A stretch of DNA of 60,359 bases, filler included, from Hausera hauseri (taxonomy: Eukaryota): NCBI GenBank assembly GCA_046269625.1. It is 12 parts of 12 records of this genome, joined end to end, with 100 filler letters (N's around TTAATTAATTAA, not from the genome) between each part and the next. Parts side by side here need not be neighbours in the genome. Positions count along the whole stretch, not along the records: positions 21,631 to 26,323 come from JBJURY010473577.1; positions 26,424 to 31,538 come from JBJURY010331049.1; positions 31,639 to 37,321 come from JBJURY010207300.1; 9 more parts are not named here. One strand, 5' to 3'. Positions within the stretch are counted from its first letter, which is position 1, and the number at the start of each line of letters is the position of its first letter. Under the pieces are notes generated by a model. That model saw only the letters and a program-made list of their open reading frames with translations, made no database searches and was not told where the DNA came from. This document shows, one piece after another, positions 24,224-37,421 of this stretch. Position numbers and translations under genes: made by a program.

Positions 24224-26323
24224 CAGGGGTGTCCAAAGTGCGGCCCGCAGAATAATTTTTAGTGGCCCGCTATTACCTAAACAAAAATAAATAAATATTC
24301 ACTAGATGTGTCCCGCTTGCCCCTCAAGAACTATTGGAGTCAGCTGCTATATGCTATACTGGCTATAGGACTATCTGACATTGAATCATTTGAATACTTA
24401 ATCTGAATATTGAATCATTTGTCGTTAATTCACATTGCGGTAATCTCAAGAACAGGTAAATTATAGATGATTATACATCCTGCTACTGTTTGTAGGTAAT
24501 TCATTTTCATGAACCTGTTTTGCAGGTATGGAAACCGAATGCAGATCGCTTCAGTCTCAGTGAAAATATTATTATTTCTTTATTCCTAGCAAAGAAAAAG
24601 CCGTGTGCCTCGTCAGCAGAGAAACAGTTGCCGCTTCGAATGAATGCAATCGTCCTCGTCATTATGAAACAAAACACGAGGGCTGCTATGGACAGGTGAC
24701 GGATGAAATCAGAAAAGCGGAAGCGGGGACTTCTAGCGCAGCAGTTGGTGTTCAAGAAGGCCTCAGAACAGTCAGAAAATATTATTCGTGCCAGCACGGC
24801 TGTTGTATATCGTATTGCAAAGCGTAGAAAGCCTTTCTCAGATGGTAAGCTAATCAAGGAATGCATGGTTGATATGTTGTCAATATTATGTCAAGAGGTG
24901 TGTGGTGTGTCGCAGAATGTTTGCTTGTCTATAAACACTGTTGCCAGAAGCATACAAGATATGGGTGACAATCTGCTGGAAAAAGCCATGTTAACAAAAC
25001 CATGGCAAGGAGTTTGTATTTTACTCACTTGCTGTAGATGAAAGTGCGGACTTGAATAACACGGTCCATCTCCTAATATTTCTTTGTGGTGTTGAGCAGA
25101 ACTTCACCATTACCGAGGAGATAATGTGCATGTCAAGTTTAAAGGCTCGATCTTGAGGAAGTGATTTGTTCGATGCAGTGGCAGGTGCCATAGATCTAAT
25201 AAAGTTGCCATAGCACAAATTTGTGGGACTAACGACAGATGGGGGACCAGCCATGTTGGGCGAGTCAGTTGGTCTCGTGGCTTTTGTGAAAAAGAAACTC
25301 ATCGAAGAAAATTGTCATCAGCCATTCTTATCAAGAGGCACTGGGAAGCAAAGTTGAAGATGAAAAATGTCATATCTGTTGTTGTAAAGACGGTGAATTT
25401 TATTAAAACTCATGAGCTCACTCACTGACAATTCCGACCTATTCTTGACGAAGTCCATACTTACCCAGATCCGATGGCTAAGCTGTGGAGGAACCCTTAA
25501 GCGCTTTTTTGAATTGAGGCATGAGATCGATCCGTTCATGTGTCAGAAGAATAGAGAAATTCTTCAATTCAGTAATCCCGAATGGCTAGTGGACCCGTGA
25601 TTTCTGATGGATATCACAGAGCATCTCAATTAATTGATCAAGTTACTTCAAGGCAGGGAATAGCTTATCTCCATTTTAACCAAATAAGAGCATTTGAAAG
25701 AAAACTGCCTCTTCCAAATGCTCTCTCATTTTGCACCTTGCAAGATGATGAAGGAAATTGGAACTGTAAGTGGTGCCGAGCGTCCCTTCCATTTCTCTCG
25801 TTATGACACCATAATTCGGAGCCTGATTGACGAATTTGATCAACGCTTTCAACATTACAGAGCATGCCAAAACACGTTTGATTTGTTTACTATTCCTTTC
25901 ATGGTCCACATTGAAATAGCTCACCAAGATGTGCAGCTTTCTCTGATCGATCTGCAAAGATTCCACTTTCCGTGCCCATTTCAAAGACCGTCCATTGCTC
26001 GAATTCTATGTTCTGTTACCGAAAGATCGATTGCCTGTGGTGATCAAAAATGCCCTCCACGTTGCTTTGTTATTCGGAAGTACTTACATATGTGATCGAA
26101 TATTTTCTATCTTGGCTGGCAACAAGAGCAAACTTCGAGCAAATCTGACGAATGGGCATCTGCAGTCGATAATTCGGCCGTCTAGTTCAAAACGCACATC
26201 GGATTATAGTGCCATTATTCATCAAATGGATCAGTGTCTCATCTTACATTCACGCTTTTACTGGCATCGACTCACCTGTGACTGTTCATTCTTTTCTGTG
26301 AAATGGTTTGGTGTAATACTGCT
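24224..26323 (+). mobile_element. hAT transposon (Charlie/SPIN, GTF2IRD2-like), decayed transposase
   Basis: TIR CAGGGGTGTCCAAAGTGCGGCCCGC; CLV...RHYETKH zinc finger; KPFSDG..IKECM; DES.D; TTDGGPAM.G; RWLS.G..LKRF; FGSTYIC...FS. Confidence 0.88.
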
Positions 26324-26423
26324 NNNNNNNNNNNNNNNNNNNNNNNNNNNNNNNNNNNNNNNNNNNNTTAATTAATTAANNNNNNNNNNNNNNNNNNNNN
26401 NNNNNNNNNNNNNNNNNNNNNNN

Positions 26424-27960
26424 AACTACCGACTGAATTCACGTAGGCTTACAACAGCCAGTACAGGCAGACATAGGAAAACGAGTCTACTCACGTATAG
26501 TTACAGCCTTAAAATATGGCCCGAATATTGTGGAACTTGTAAAGAAGAAAGTATGATGATAAATAAACAAAAAGAATCTGCTGTAGTACAAATAGAAGAC
26601 TTTGCCGTCACCATATAGAAATATAAAATAAATTTCGATGCAATCACAGGAAAAATGTTAATTGCACCGTCTTGTATATACTCTGATGAAGTGTGTACAT
26701 TAGGAGAATCCACACAAGTCTGGGAAAAAACAGTCGTCATATGCCCATTAACTTTCCTTAAACAGGTACCAATGTATGAATTACAAGGCGATTTATATTA
26801 CGATAACGAATATCAAGAACCTGTACATAACCATAGTATAAGTTTACCTACCCTACGAACGTTAAAACAGACAATTTCTTTGAAAGTCTTAATGTCATCC
26901 AGTGACAAAGATGGAATCGTATTGGCACGCAAAGGAGCAGTATCGACTTCTAAATCGAATGCAGTTTACTCTACGTCTTATGAGGACCTATTTGTAATAA
27001 AAGTAACCTTTGCAAATACAGGAAAGTTACCAACTAAAGACATAAAGTGGTACCTATACACAAATAACAAGATAGATTATATTTATCACAACACAAAAAT
27101 GTATTTAGTCGAGTTGTATAATATGATGGTGTTGAGAGACTGTAAAATTACTCAAAAATTAAATCAGCATGACTTAATATTAGCTAGGGAATTCCCGGAA
27201 CATATAGCCTTGATTATGGAATATCGTCCTGGAACATTTGGTAGAGTACAAGGTGAAATACTCCATGTATACCAATGCTCGCTGATAGAGGTAACTTTAG
27301 TAACATCGCCAAAAGCAAATTGCACAAACGAATTAATGGTACAATACAATGATAAAAACATAATAAAAATTGGATATGTGGACCCTATCACCCGAAAGTT
27401 ACTGTTACCTACTGAAATTAGCTTCGCACCATGTTATAAAGACTTCTATTCAAACTAAATGATGGAAGATGGACTAAAACATGCTTACCAACTATGATGA
27501 ACATAACACAAACGATTGGATTATTACCACTGGATAAAGGGTATAAAGTTTAAAGTAAATAGTAAACTACACACCAGTGGATGGAATTCATTAACAGACC
27601 TGGAAGCAGTAAGAAAACAGGTATTATTTCAGAATATCCGAAAAAAGGTTATTACAGAATTTGTATATATACTGCTACGAAAGGATCAGATGGTACACCT
27701 AATTATGGAATGCTACTGCCAATTGATCATTTAGAAAGAACAGCTTCCTTTATGACTTCTGGAATAAATTCCTTAATTTTGGTCAGGTAATATCTGGAGT
27801 TTTTTGGTATATGTTATAATTACCACCATAATGATTATATTAAGACAAATAGGAGCTGCCAGAAATGTAAAGAAAGTACGTGGTAGTACATGGTAAATTA
27901 TGCTGGGATGTTTCCCCTCAATGGCGCAATTAGTATTAATGTATTGGCACGCAAAGGAAC
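26424..27960 (+). pseudogene. Class III (chuvirus/gB-like) envelope glycoprotein, C-terminal two thirds
   Basis: G...GEILHVYQC..IEV...CTNELMV.Y...YVDP.TR.L...C pattern of chuvirus-type G; TM segment IWSFLVYVIITTIMIIL at about 27790-27840; frameshifts after 27450. Confidence 0.8.
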
Positions 27961-30900
27961 TTGACAAATTAAGAAAATCACTTCGTCTAGCCCCAGAATT
28001 AAAGCAACAATTACAAGCCTTTATCAAGTTAAGAGTGGAAGAATACCTGGTTAAATATAAGCTATTAAGAAAGAAAGCTTGACAACACTTTGAACAGGAA
28101 GCATCAAAATACTATAAACCCGAACCTATTGATAAATTTACGGAATACCCTGATTATAGAGAAAAGATGGTCACATCCATACATGATCTTCCTATGACAA
28201 CAGATTTGGATGAATATACCTGCTTACCAAGTACTGCTTACCCACCAAATGTACTCCGACAATATAATACCATGGATACTCGACGTAATAACACAAAATT
28301 CATTTCTATGACCCAAACTACTATAACAACATGAAATAACCCGTATGATCGAGTACGATTTAACGGATTAAATATTATGGCACTACTAGATACCGGTGCA
28401 TCCGTGTCAATGATTCGACATTCATACTTAACTGAAGATCAAAAAGGAGTAATCATGCAAGCGATATAGTAATAGCAGCAGCCAATTCCACCAATGTGCA
28501 ATTCCTAGGAAAAATAAACATTAAAATAAGAATTGACGGTAACCTGAATACTATCACCTTGTTTGTTGTGGATGACAAAATATTACCAGTGCCTCTAGTG
28601 ATAGAAATGGATGTATAGCCTCAAATTTCAGGACTCTTGATGGACCTATCAACTAAGATACTTAGATATACGCTGACTAACCTACCAATTGAAGACATCA
28701 GTATGACTCTAACTCATGATGTTATTTTAGGATCACAATTGCAAGTAGTAGTAATACCACAAGCAACCTTGTATGTTTGAACCGAATTTATATAATAATG
28801 AAAAATATAGTATTCTACAATATCCCTTATTTGTACCAAAAGGGGTACAATGTTTAAAATTGCCAATAGACAGTAACAATAAAAAGGCAACCAGATTACA
28901 GCAAAACCTCAATTTAGGACAATTACAACCACTTAAAGTATGCGCAGCAACGTTCTTAGTAGAAGAGGAAAATATGAAATTTAAAGACGGCGATTTAACA
29001 CTATATCAATGGAAAAAATTACTGCAATTATTCCACAAATATCGAGATATTATAGCTATGAATGATAATTACATTGGCAGAACTAACGTTATTCAACATC
29101 ACATAATCACAGCGAACACCTCCCCTTTTAAACAAAATCCGTATAGAATGGCTAAAGTTAAGAAGGAATACAAATAGAACAAACGGTAGAACACGGTATT
29201 ATCAGACCAAGTTTCTCGCCATAGACATTCCCAGTGGTTAGTGCAGAAAAAAGACGGAACACAACGATTTTTCGCCGATTTTAGAGTAGTAAATAATGTT
29301 ACAAAGAAGGATAATTATCCATTACCAAAGACAGATGAGATGCTCACAGCCTTAAGAAATGCTGCAATATTTACCACCTTGGATTTACAATGTGGATTTT
29401 GACAAGTTGAAGTTGCCGAAGAAGATAAACAAAAAACAGCCTTTTCTACCGCAACCGGACTGTGGGAATTTAACGTTATGCCTTTTGGTTTGACAGGAGG
29501 ACCCGCCACATTTCAAAGATGTATGAATTTTGTATTGCAAGGACTAACCTGTTGTATGGTGTACATAGACGATGTAATAATATTCTCTGAAAACCTCGAA
29601 CACGTAAAAGATATTTCTCAAGTATTTGACAGACTGAAACAAGATCATTTAGAAATCGAACTGAAAAAATGAATTTGCTAAAAATACCGTTACTTTTCTC
29701 GGACACAATGTCGAGCAAAGGAATTCAACCCGATCCTAAAAATGCAGAAAAACTTAAGAAATTAAAACCACCCAAATGTATTAAGGAGTTACAAAGACTG
29801 TTAGGAATGACCAATTATTGCAGGAAATTTGTATATAATTTTGCAAGTATAGTTATACCACTAGTAACATTAACCAAGAAAGGAACAACATGGAGTTGGG
29901 AGGAATCACGCCAGCGAGCATTCGTAGTTCTAAAGCAAGTCCTAACTTCACCACCAATACTGTAATTTCCTGACCCAAAATATTTCTATATAATAATGTC
30001 AGATGCCAGCGGTTACGCTATAGGAGCAGTCTGAGGGCAATGCGTCCTCGACAGACCGCGTGAAGGAATAATAGCATGCCTCAGCAAAACGCTAAGCGAA
30101 ACACAACATAGATGGTCAACAATCGAGGGCGAGTGCTATGCAATAGTATATGCATTACGATACTTCAGATATTACATAACTGGATGAGAAATAATCCTAT
30201 ACACTGATCAAAAACCATTCCAGTGTTTAATGAAACGAGACACCAGTCGATAATTAATGAAATGGGCTGCAGAAATCGAAGACCTAGAGATCTCAATAAA
30301 AGCAAAAAAACACCACTAAAACCAGTATCATTTTTAGCATCACCATTTGGTTGTATAGGTGTCGATATAGTGGGACCATTACCAACCACTGCCAGAGGAA
30401 ATACATGTGTACATACAGCAAAAGATTACCACTCAAAATTTCCAATAACGATGTCAATGGTAAATTAAACCACGGATGTTATGGCCAGAAGATTAGTCGA
30501 TGACGTAATATTCGAATATGGAGTACCAATGACAATGATATCCGATAGAGGAAGCAATTTTTGCAGCGAGCTTATGGTAAAAGTACTTGCAATATTAGTA
30601 GTTAACCACAAATTTACCTCACCTTATCATCCTCAAGCCAATGGCGCAATCGAAACCTTTAATAAACAATTTTCAGTCATGATATCTAGCTACGCATATG
30701 ACCCTCCAGCTGATTGGTATCTGTATATAAAACCTTGTGTATATACCTATCAACAGAGTCCCCATACGACAACTGGAGAGTCACCATTTTTTTTACTGTA
30801 TGGTAGACGAGATATTATTCCAATTGATCTGGAATATAGACCGCCACAATCACAACTGATGGAAGAATCGGATTATGCAACAATTCTACAAGAAAGATTA

Positions 30901-31220
30901 CAAGTGGCATGGATCAGAGCCGGATTAAAAATTAAATACCACCAAGAAAATTTCAAGGACCAATATGATAAGAAGGCAAAGACTCATCGAATTGGAGACT
31001 TACTCAACATATTAGATGAGACCTTTAACCAGGTGAAAGCCCCAAACTAAAATTACCCTATAAAGGACCATACAAAATATTACAAAGAACTGAATCAAGC
31101 CTAGAACTACAAAACCTAGCCAACCCTAATAAAACCTCTTGGATGAGTGTGCAGCGATTCAGACCAGTTGCTAAAGATCGCACATTGGAACAGGCACCAC
31201 CTTGTAAATACCCATGAAGA
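26424..31220 (+). mobile_element. Decayed enveloped Ty3/gypsy element with order env-PR-RT-RH-IN
   Basis: Glycoprotein 26424-about 27960; PR ALLDTGASVS at 28380; RT YPLP, LDL, MPFGL, YIDD (29561); RH DASGYAIGAV (about 30002); IN VDIVGPLP, SDRGSNF, YHPQANG; GPY at about 31065. Confidence 0.92.
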
Positions 31221-31638
31221 AGTAGAATGCAATTAGATGAGAAGAATATGACAGTTGCAAAACTATGACGGAAACCTTAAAATTGAAAATAATCGAAAGA
31301 AGTGCAATATATCACAAGCTAATAAACGGGAACCAGTTAAAAGTAATTGGCGTGGTCACAGCCTTAAGTAAATTGAAAGGTAAGCGTTCAAAAAGCCTGT
31401 ATCACATTAGATAATACCACCATTCCTTGTATCATAGGTCGAGATACGCTAATAGATTATAATATAGTGATAGATGTAGCTACGAATTCACTAGAAAAAA
31501 CGAAAGATTTCGAGAAGTACCGAAAACATGTAAACGAANNNNNNNNNNNNNNNNNNNNNNNNNNNNNNNNNNNNNNNNNNNNTTAATTAATTAANNNNNN
31601 NNNNNNNNNNNNNNNNNNNNNNNNNNNNNNNNNNNNNN

Positions 31639-34600
31639 TCACGTTGCAAAATTGTGATGTTTGCCACTAATTATAAAGCATTTTTGTCGCAGAAACGGAA
31701 ATAAGTGCAAAGACTTACGACCCTGAGACGCAAGACATTCGTATTGAAGATTACCTGAAAAATCGAGACGATTATTTTTACTACAAAGGGCAAATTGGAA
31801 TTGCCAAACTATATCAGAAAATGATAACGAATGACTGTAAATTGGATATGGAGATCATGAGGACAGAATTAGGTCTTATCTATGCTAACCCTGAGTTATC
31901 ATCACCAATAATTCCTATAAAAGGAATTTCCGGTCGAGTTACCGGTGAAGTCTTATTGACTTATGAATGTGAGAAACGAGACGTACCAATTAATGTCGAA
32001 GAAAAACGATGAATACAGGAACTCCCCGTTATTTATCAGAATACTCCACGGTTAGCCATGCCGCTTGCTACAGTATTATTAAATAATGCAACCGAACCAA
32101 CGATCCTTAAGGAATGTAAGGCAAGTTTAGGAAAACCCATGTATAGACGTAGCGAAACGGATTGGGTAAGCCTGCCAAATGGAGGTATTACTGCCGACCC
32201 AATTAAGTTAATAGGAACTAACCTCGTAAAAGAAATAGCGGACGACAAATTCCAAGACATCTCATCAAAGGGTATATACAGACAAAAGGAAATCGAAGCG
32301 TTCAGACAATCTCTTACTTTTCCGCGACAACGGACACACAAGTTAAATCGTGCCATGGCCTCAGTAGTAGATATTACTCGAGATCAGGCTACATGGAGAT
32401 CTTTGTTCGGAGTAAACCATTACCAACAAATAACCACGGAAATACTCTACAAAATTTGGGAAAGATTTTTAATTTTTGAACAAGCTACATCTGGATTTTT
32501 AGCAATATTTCTTAATCCAACTAATTAAGGCAGTCATCCAAGCAGAAATAAACGGATTTGAAATATTTACATTGACTGGATTTTCATGCAATATTTTGAC
32601 TGTAATCATTACCCTTCGGTAAGTTTTAAAGGCATGAAGAAAGCAGATGGAAATCGGACGTAAAGCGTCATGTCGGCTACCATAATCGCAAACGAAAAGG
32701 GAGACCTGTTTTTGTACAACCGGAAGCTCTCTAAACCTGAGACACGAAGAAATAATTCGGATGATGACGAGCCTAAAAGAGAAGCCTCCTTTAAAACAGA
32801 TAGACAAGATATATTCAATCGCTAAGGCACCATTGCCCATGTTATCCCCTTCCTTTCCAGTCTATGAAGACTGATAAGCGATCAATGAGTTCATATCAGA
32901 CAAATCTATAAGAGGACAATCAGCTTGGAATATCCTTATGAAGAGACAAAACGCTATGGAATTTTACGGAAAATGTGCTATCGACAACATATAGACGAAC
33001 CTAGAATTTGGCACTCCCCAAGAGAACTTCGAAATATAAAGACCAGGCCACCTGCTTGGGGAAATCAAAGATTACAGACCTTCCGGAACATATAATCGCA
33101 CACTAATAATCGAGAACCACTAATTAGTACTCATGAGTCAGAAAAGTGCAGCCTCCAAAACAATGAATTATACCCAAATTGAGAATTAACACAGGTAACA
33201 GAAAACAGTATCCTCCCCAGAAATCAGAATAAACGGTCATAAAATATCAGCAGTGAAACGCCCAAAAGTTGCATCAAATTGTTTTGGAACCGAGTAATCG
33301 AAGGACGACCTTTCGCAAAATCATTATTGGAGACTGGGAAGCTTATGCGCTAATTGACACAGACTCCGACATGTCTTACATCAAAAACGACTCAATTCCT
33401 CAGGAGTTAAGCGGACGGTTATATCCACCGTCTACAAAGGACCCAGGAAGTGCAGGAGCTTTTGGCCAAATGTCGAAACCGATGTTCAAATAGAACCCAG
33501 AAGTTCATATAGCTGGACAATTTTTCCGTCACGAATTTGCAGCTATAGAATAATTAACTGACGATGTACTTTTAGGCTGCGACTTACTGAAAAAACTATC
33601 AAATGTAGCAATCGATTTGAAAACAGGAAAACTAATAGATTAGGCAAAATAAAGGCGTAAAAACCGCCAAAGAAAGGACATTTGCAGAAGTGTGGATCCC
33701 AGTAGACAAAAGCATTCCACCGAGAAAAGAGGTGATAATCTACGCTCAAATCCAACAAGATGATGACCAACCAGTACATTTTGAATCAAAGAAGCGTTAA
33801 ATCAGAATATAATACTCAGTAATATATTGACAAAAGTTCATTCAGGGTGTATGCCAATCAGGATAAATAATGCACCGACACCTGTTAAGTTACACGCTTA
33901 TACTACCTTAGGGAATACGTATAGTGTCGTCCATAACTATTGAAGAAAAACCTTACAAATATGCTGAATTTCCACCCCATGTTGAAACTAAGTTTTCACC
34001 TGAATCTTATTGTCGATTCTACGAATTATTATACCGCTATAAATCAATTATTGATAAAGACGACGATGACATTGGTAGGGCAAAAGCTTTAAAATTGACT
34101 TCTACTTAAGAAAAAGCCAGGTTCAAGTAAGGAGAGATTTTGAAGATCAAAAGATGCCGAAATGGTACCCTTCGCGACATTCATTAATACCCGTGATAAC
34201 AAAAGAAGTCGAACGGATGCTTAAAGCCGATATAATTCGGCCCAGCTATAGACCTTGGTACTCGCCAATTTTTATGGTTAAAAAGAAAGGTACTAAAAAC
34301 ATCAATTTTGTATTTACTACATGGCACTGAATAACCTCATGATGAGAGATTCCTTCCGATTACCATCAGTAAAAGAAGCTTTGGATAGGCTTTCAGGAGC
34401 AAAATGGTTTAATACTCTGGACTTACAATCCGGATATTGGCAAGTGGAAATCGAGGTTGAAGACCGCTATAAAACCGCGTTTAAAACGCATGATGGTGTT
34501 TATGAATTTAATGCCATGCCGTTTGGTATTACCACTGGACCAGCTATTTTACAAGAATGATTAATAAAATGTTAGTGGGGCAAGACCACGCTTTGCATAC

Positions 34601-36625
34601 TAAGATGATGTAATGATAGCGTCGAATACAGAATAGGAACATTTAAAATATTCGGAGCATACATTGATGAGATTAGAACAATCAGGATTAAAATTGAACC
34701 CAAAGAAATGTAAATGGACTCAGAATGCAGTATCCTACCTTGGACAACCAGCCAAATCATTATTGAACAAGATATCAGATTGCATGGAGCATTAAAATCA
34801 GAAAGAGTTAATACACTGGCTAGGTTTATGTGGATATTGCCCCACCTATGTGCCAGATAAATCGAAAATAAATGCACTTTTACATCGTCTACTTAAGAAA
34901 AGAATTAAATGGAAATGGACACATCGAACAAAAGGCTTTCGATAAAATAAAAATTTTAACAAGCGAACCAGTTTTACGATACCCAAAGTTCAATTTACCA
35001 TTTATAATTAAGACGCCAGTAAAGANNNNNNNNNNTACGAATTAGCTCATAAACGAGAGGATAACGATTTGGAGAACCAAATTGCGTATGGAGGCGTTCC
35101 TTGAAAAAGGCCGCAAAAAACTATTCCGTTACTGAATTTAAAACCTTAGCCATTAAAGAAGCACTTCGACATTTTAACGTTTACGTATACGGACAGAAAA
35201 TTATAATTGTTACTGATCATAAAGCCGTCACAACCTTGAAGGGACGAGCAAATAATCCTATCTGCAGGTTTAACAGTGGACTGAGGAAATTTCTAAACAT
35301 AATATCGAATTTAAGTATAAGTCTGGAAACAAACACGTAGATGCTGATGCACTATCGAGACTAAAAACTAAGGCAAGTGCAATTACGATAATGAAGAAAG
35401 CTCAACTTGACGAATTAATAGACCGTCAACGCACTTTGACGATGGGCAAAGCAATGAAAATCTCAACCGAACAAAAGAGGGATAAAGTTATCCAGCAGAT
35501 TATAGAATTTGCTAAAAAGGATACAGTACCGAAAGGACGATAGCTTAAGACACATTTAAACAGGCATGGATACATTGTGTCTTGAACGATAAAGGCCACG
35601 AAGACACTTTGCATTATGAACGAAGAAAATTAATAGTCATCCCAAAAGGCTTACGCACCGAAGTCTTAATGGCAAAGCATAATTCATATTTAGCAGGACA
35701 CGTCATAGAAAAAGACGCTGAAAAGAATATTGAATAAATACTTTTGGCCCAGTATCTATATTGATGTAAAGAATTGAGTAAATGCTTTCGAAGTATGCGC
35801 AACTAAACACAAAAAGACGGAAAACTACATGACAGAGCTGAAATCAATTGCCGTACCAGACAGACCTATGCAAGCCATGTCAATGGACATTGTATGACCG
35901 CTACTCACGACCCACAAAAATAATAAATATACCTTGACTTGTATTGATCGACTAACTCACTTTGTCGAATTGGTAGCGTTAACCGATAAAAGGACAGAAA
36001 CTTTGGAAGAAGCTGTGGTAAGAATATTAATTTATCGATATGGGCCCCCAGATCAAATACTGACAGATCGAGGAAGAAATTTTACTAGCGAACTATTTCA
36101 GAAAATTAAAATCTTTAAAATTGAGCAGTTAACTACCACTCCATGCCATCCTCAATGTAATGGAATGGTTGAGCAAATGAAGGCAGCTGTCATACGCATA
36201 TTATCCACAGTACTAGCTAAGGACCAAAAATATTGGGACGAATTTTTAGAAGAAACTCAATTTGCCAATACAACACCACATCCAGCCACAGGATTTACAC
36301 CATTCTTCGTGATGTATGGACGTGAAGCTGTGTTACCCAGACTTAGGAATGACGCCATCTACGCTTAATCCCGAAGATTTAAAACAGAATTTTGAAGTAC
36401 TACAGATGCGACTACAAAAATGCTGGAAAATCGCCAAAGAATACTCTCGAAAATATCAAGAGCAGTTTAAAAGGCAATATGATAAAAAAGTAAAGCCACG
36501 CGATTTAGAACAAGGAAATTTGGTTTATGTACATTACCCAGTAGATAAGAAAGGTACGTCGTTAAAACTGACTCGTACAGGCATAGGACCATACGAAGTT
36601 ACTAAAATTAAAAGGTCCAACTTGA
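31639..36625 (+). mobile_element. Second, divergent enveloped Ty3/gypsy element (env-PR-RT-RH-IN), heavily decayed
   Basis: Glycoprotein GISGRVTGEVLLTYECEKRDV...QELPVIY...C...MY (31639-about 32650); PR ALIDTDS (33347); RT LDLQSGYWQV, MPFG; RH TDHK; IN HHCC remnants, TDRGRNF, HPQCNG, GPY (about 36586). Confidence 0.88.
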
Positions 36626-37321
36626 GACTGTTTAATAATACTAAGAAGCTTATTACATATACCAGTAAGGCGCAGTTTAAGGAAAGCATTATCGCAGATG
36701 ACCTAGTTGCCGTTCTCCTTGATGAAGATGAGGTTACTTTAGATAGGCCCTCATACATCGGTCAGGCTGTTCTTGAACTTTCTAAGTTGCGGATGTATGA
36801 GTTGAATTACATCGAGTTGGAAATTTATAGGTGAAATTAATAATAATTAACTGTGAAATTAATATCATTGCCAGTGACACAGACAGCTTTTTTCTTGAGT
36901 GCCCTGGTGTTGACTTACGAACCCAACAGGACACTTCCAACTATGATGTGAGTGATCCACTGTACTCCACTCGCTTCTCGTCTGTGATAGAGAAATTTTA
37001 GAATGAAGGTAAGGGTTGTGTCGAGTACAAAAAGGAATTTTCTTGCGACCAAAATCTTATGCCTTGAAAACTCAAAACAGATCCATCCTTAAATGCAAAG
37101 GCATAAATCTGCAGCAGACAGATTTGCAGTTTAGCAACTTCCTATAGGCGTATGAAAATGAATGTGAAACAACAGTCGACCAGGAGAGAATTGGGACCAA
37201 AAACCACCAATTAATGATCATTGATTCGAAAAAGAAGGTACTAGACCCGTTTGACGATAAACACCTATGGTTACAAAAGAATAAAAGTGTAGCGTATGGA
37301 CACCTGTATAGATTTGTAAAT
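36625..37321 (+). mobile_element. Protein-primed family B DNA polymerase C-terminal fragment (Polinton/adintovirus type)
   Basis: V.LDRPSYIGQAVLELSKLRMY, SDTDSF, DTSNY, LRPKSYA, KCKGI, K..L.PFDDK, AYGH. Confidence 0.85.
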
Positions 37322-37421
37322 NNNNNNNNNNNNNNNNNNNNNNNNNNNNNNNNNNNNNNNNNNNNTTAATTAATTAANNNNNNNNNNNNNNNNNNNNNNN
37401 NNNNNNNNNNNNNNNNNNNNN

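Noticed and set aside
26424-27960. Stand-alone chuvirus endogenous viral element
   Set aside because: No L or N gene is present, and G is directly linked to gypsy pol.
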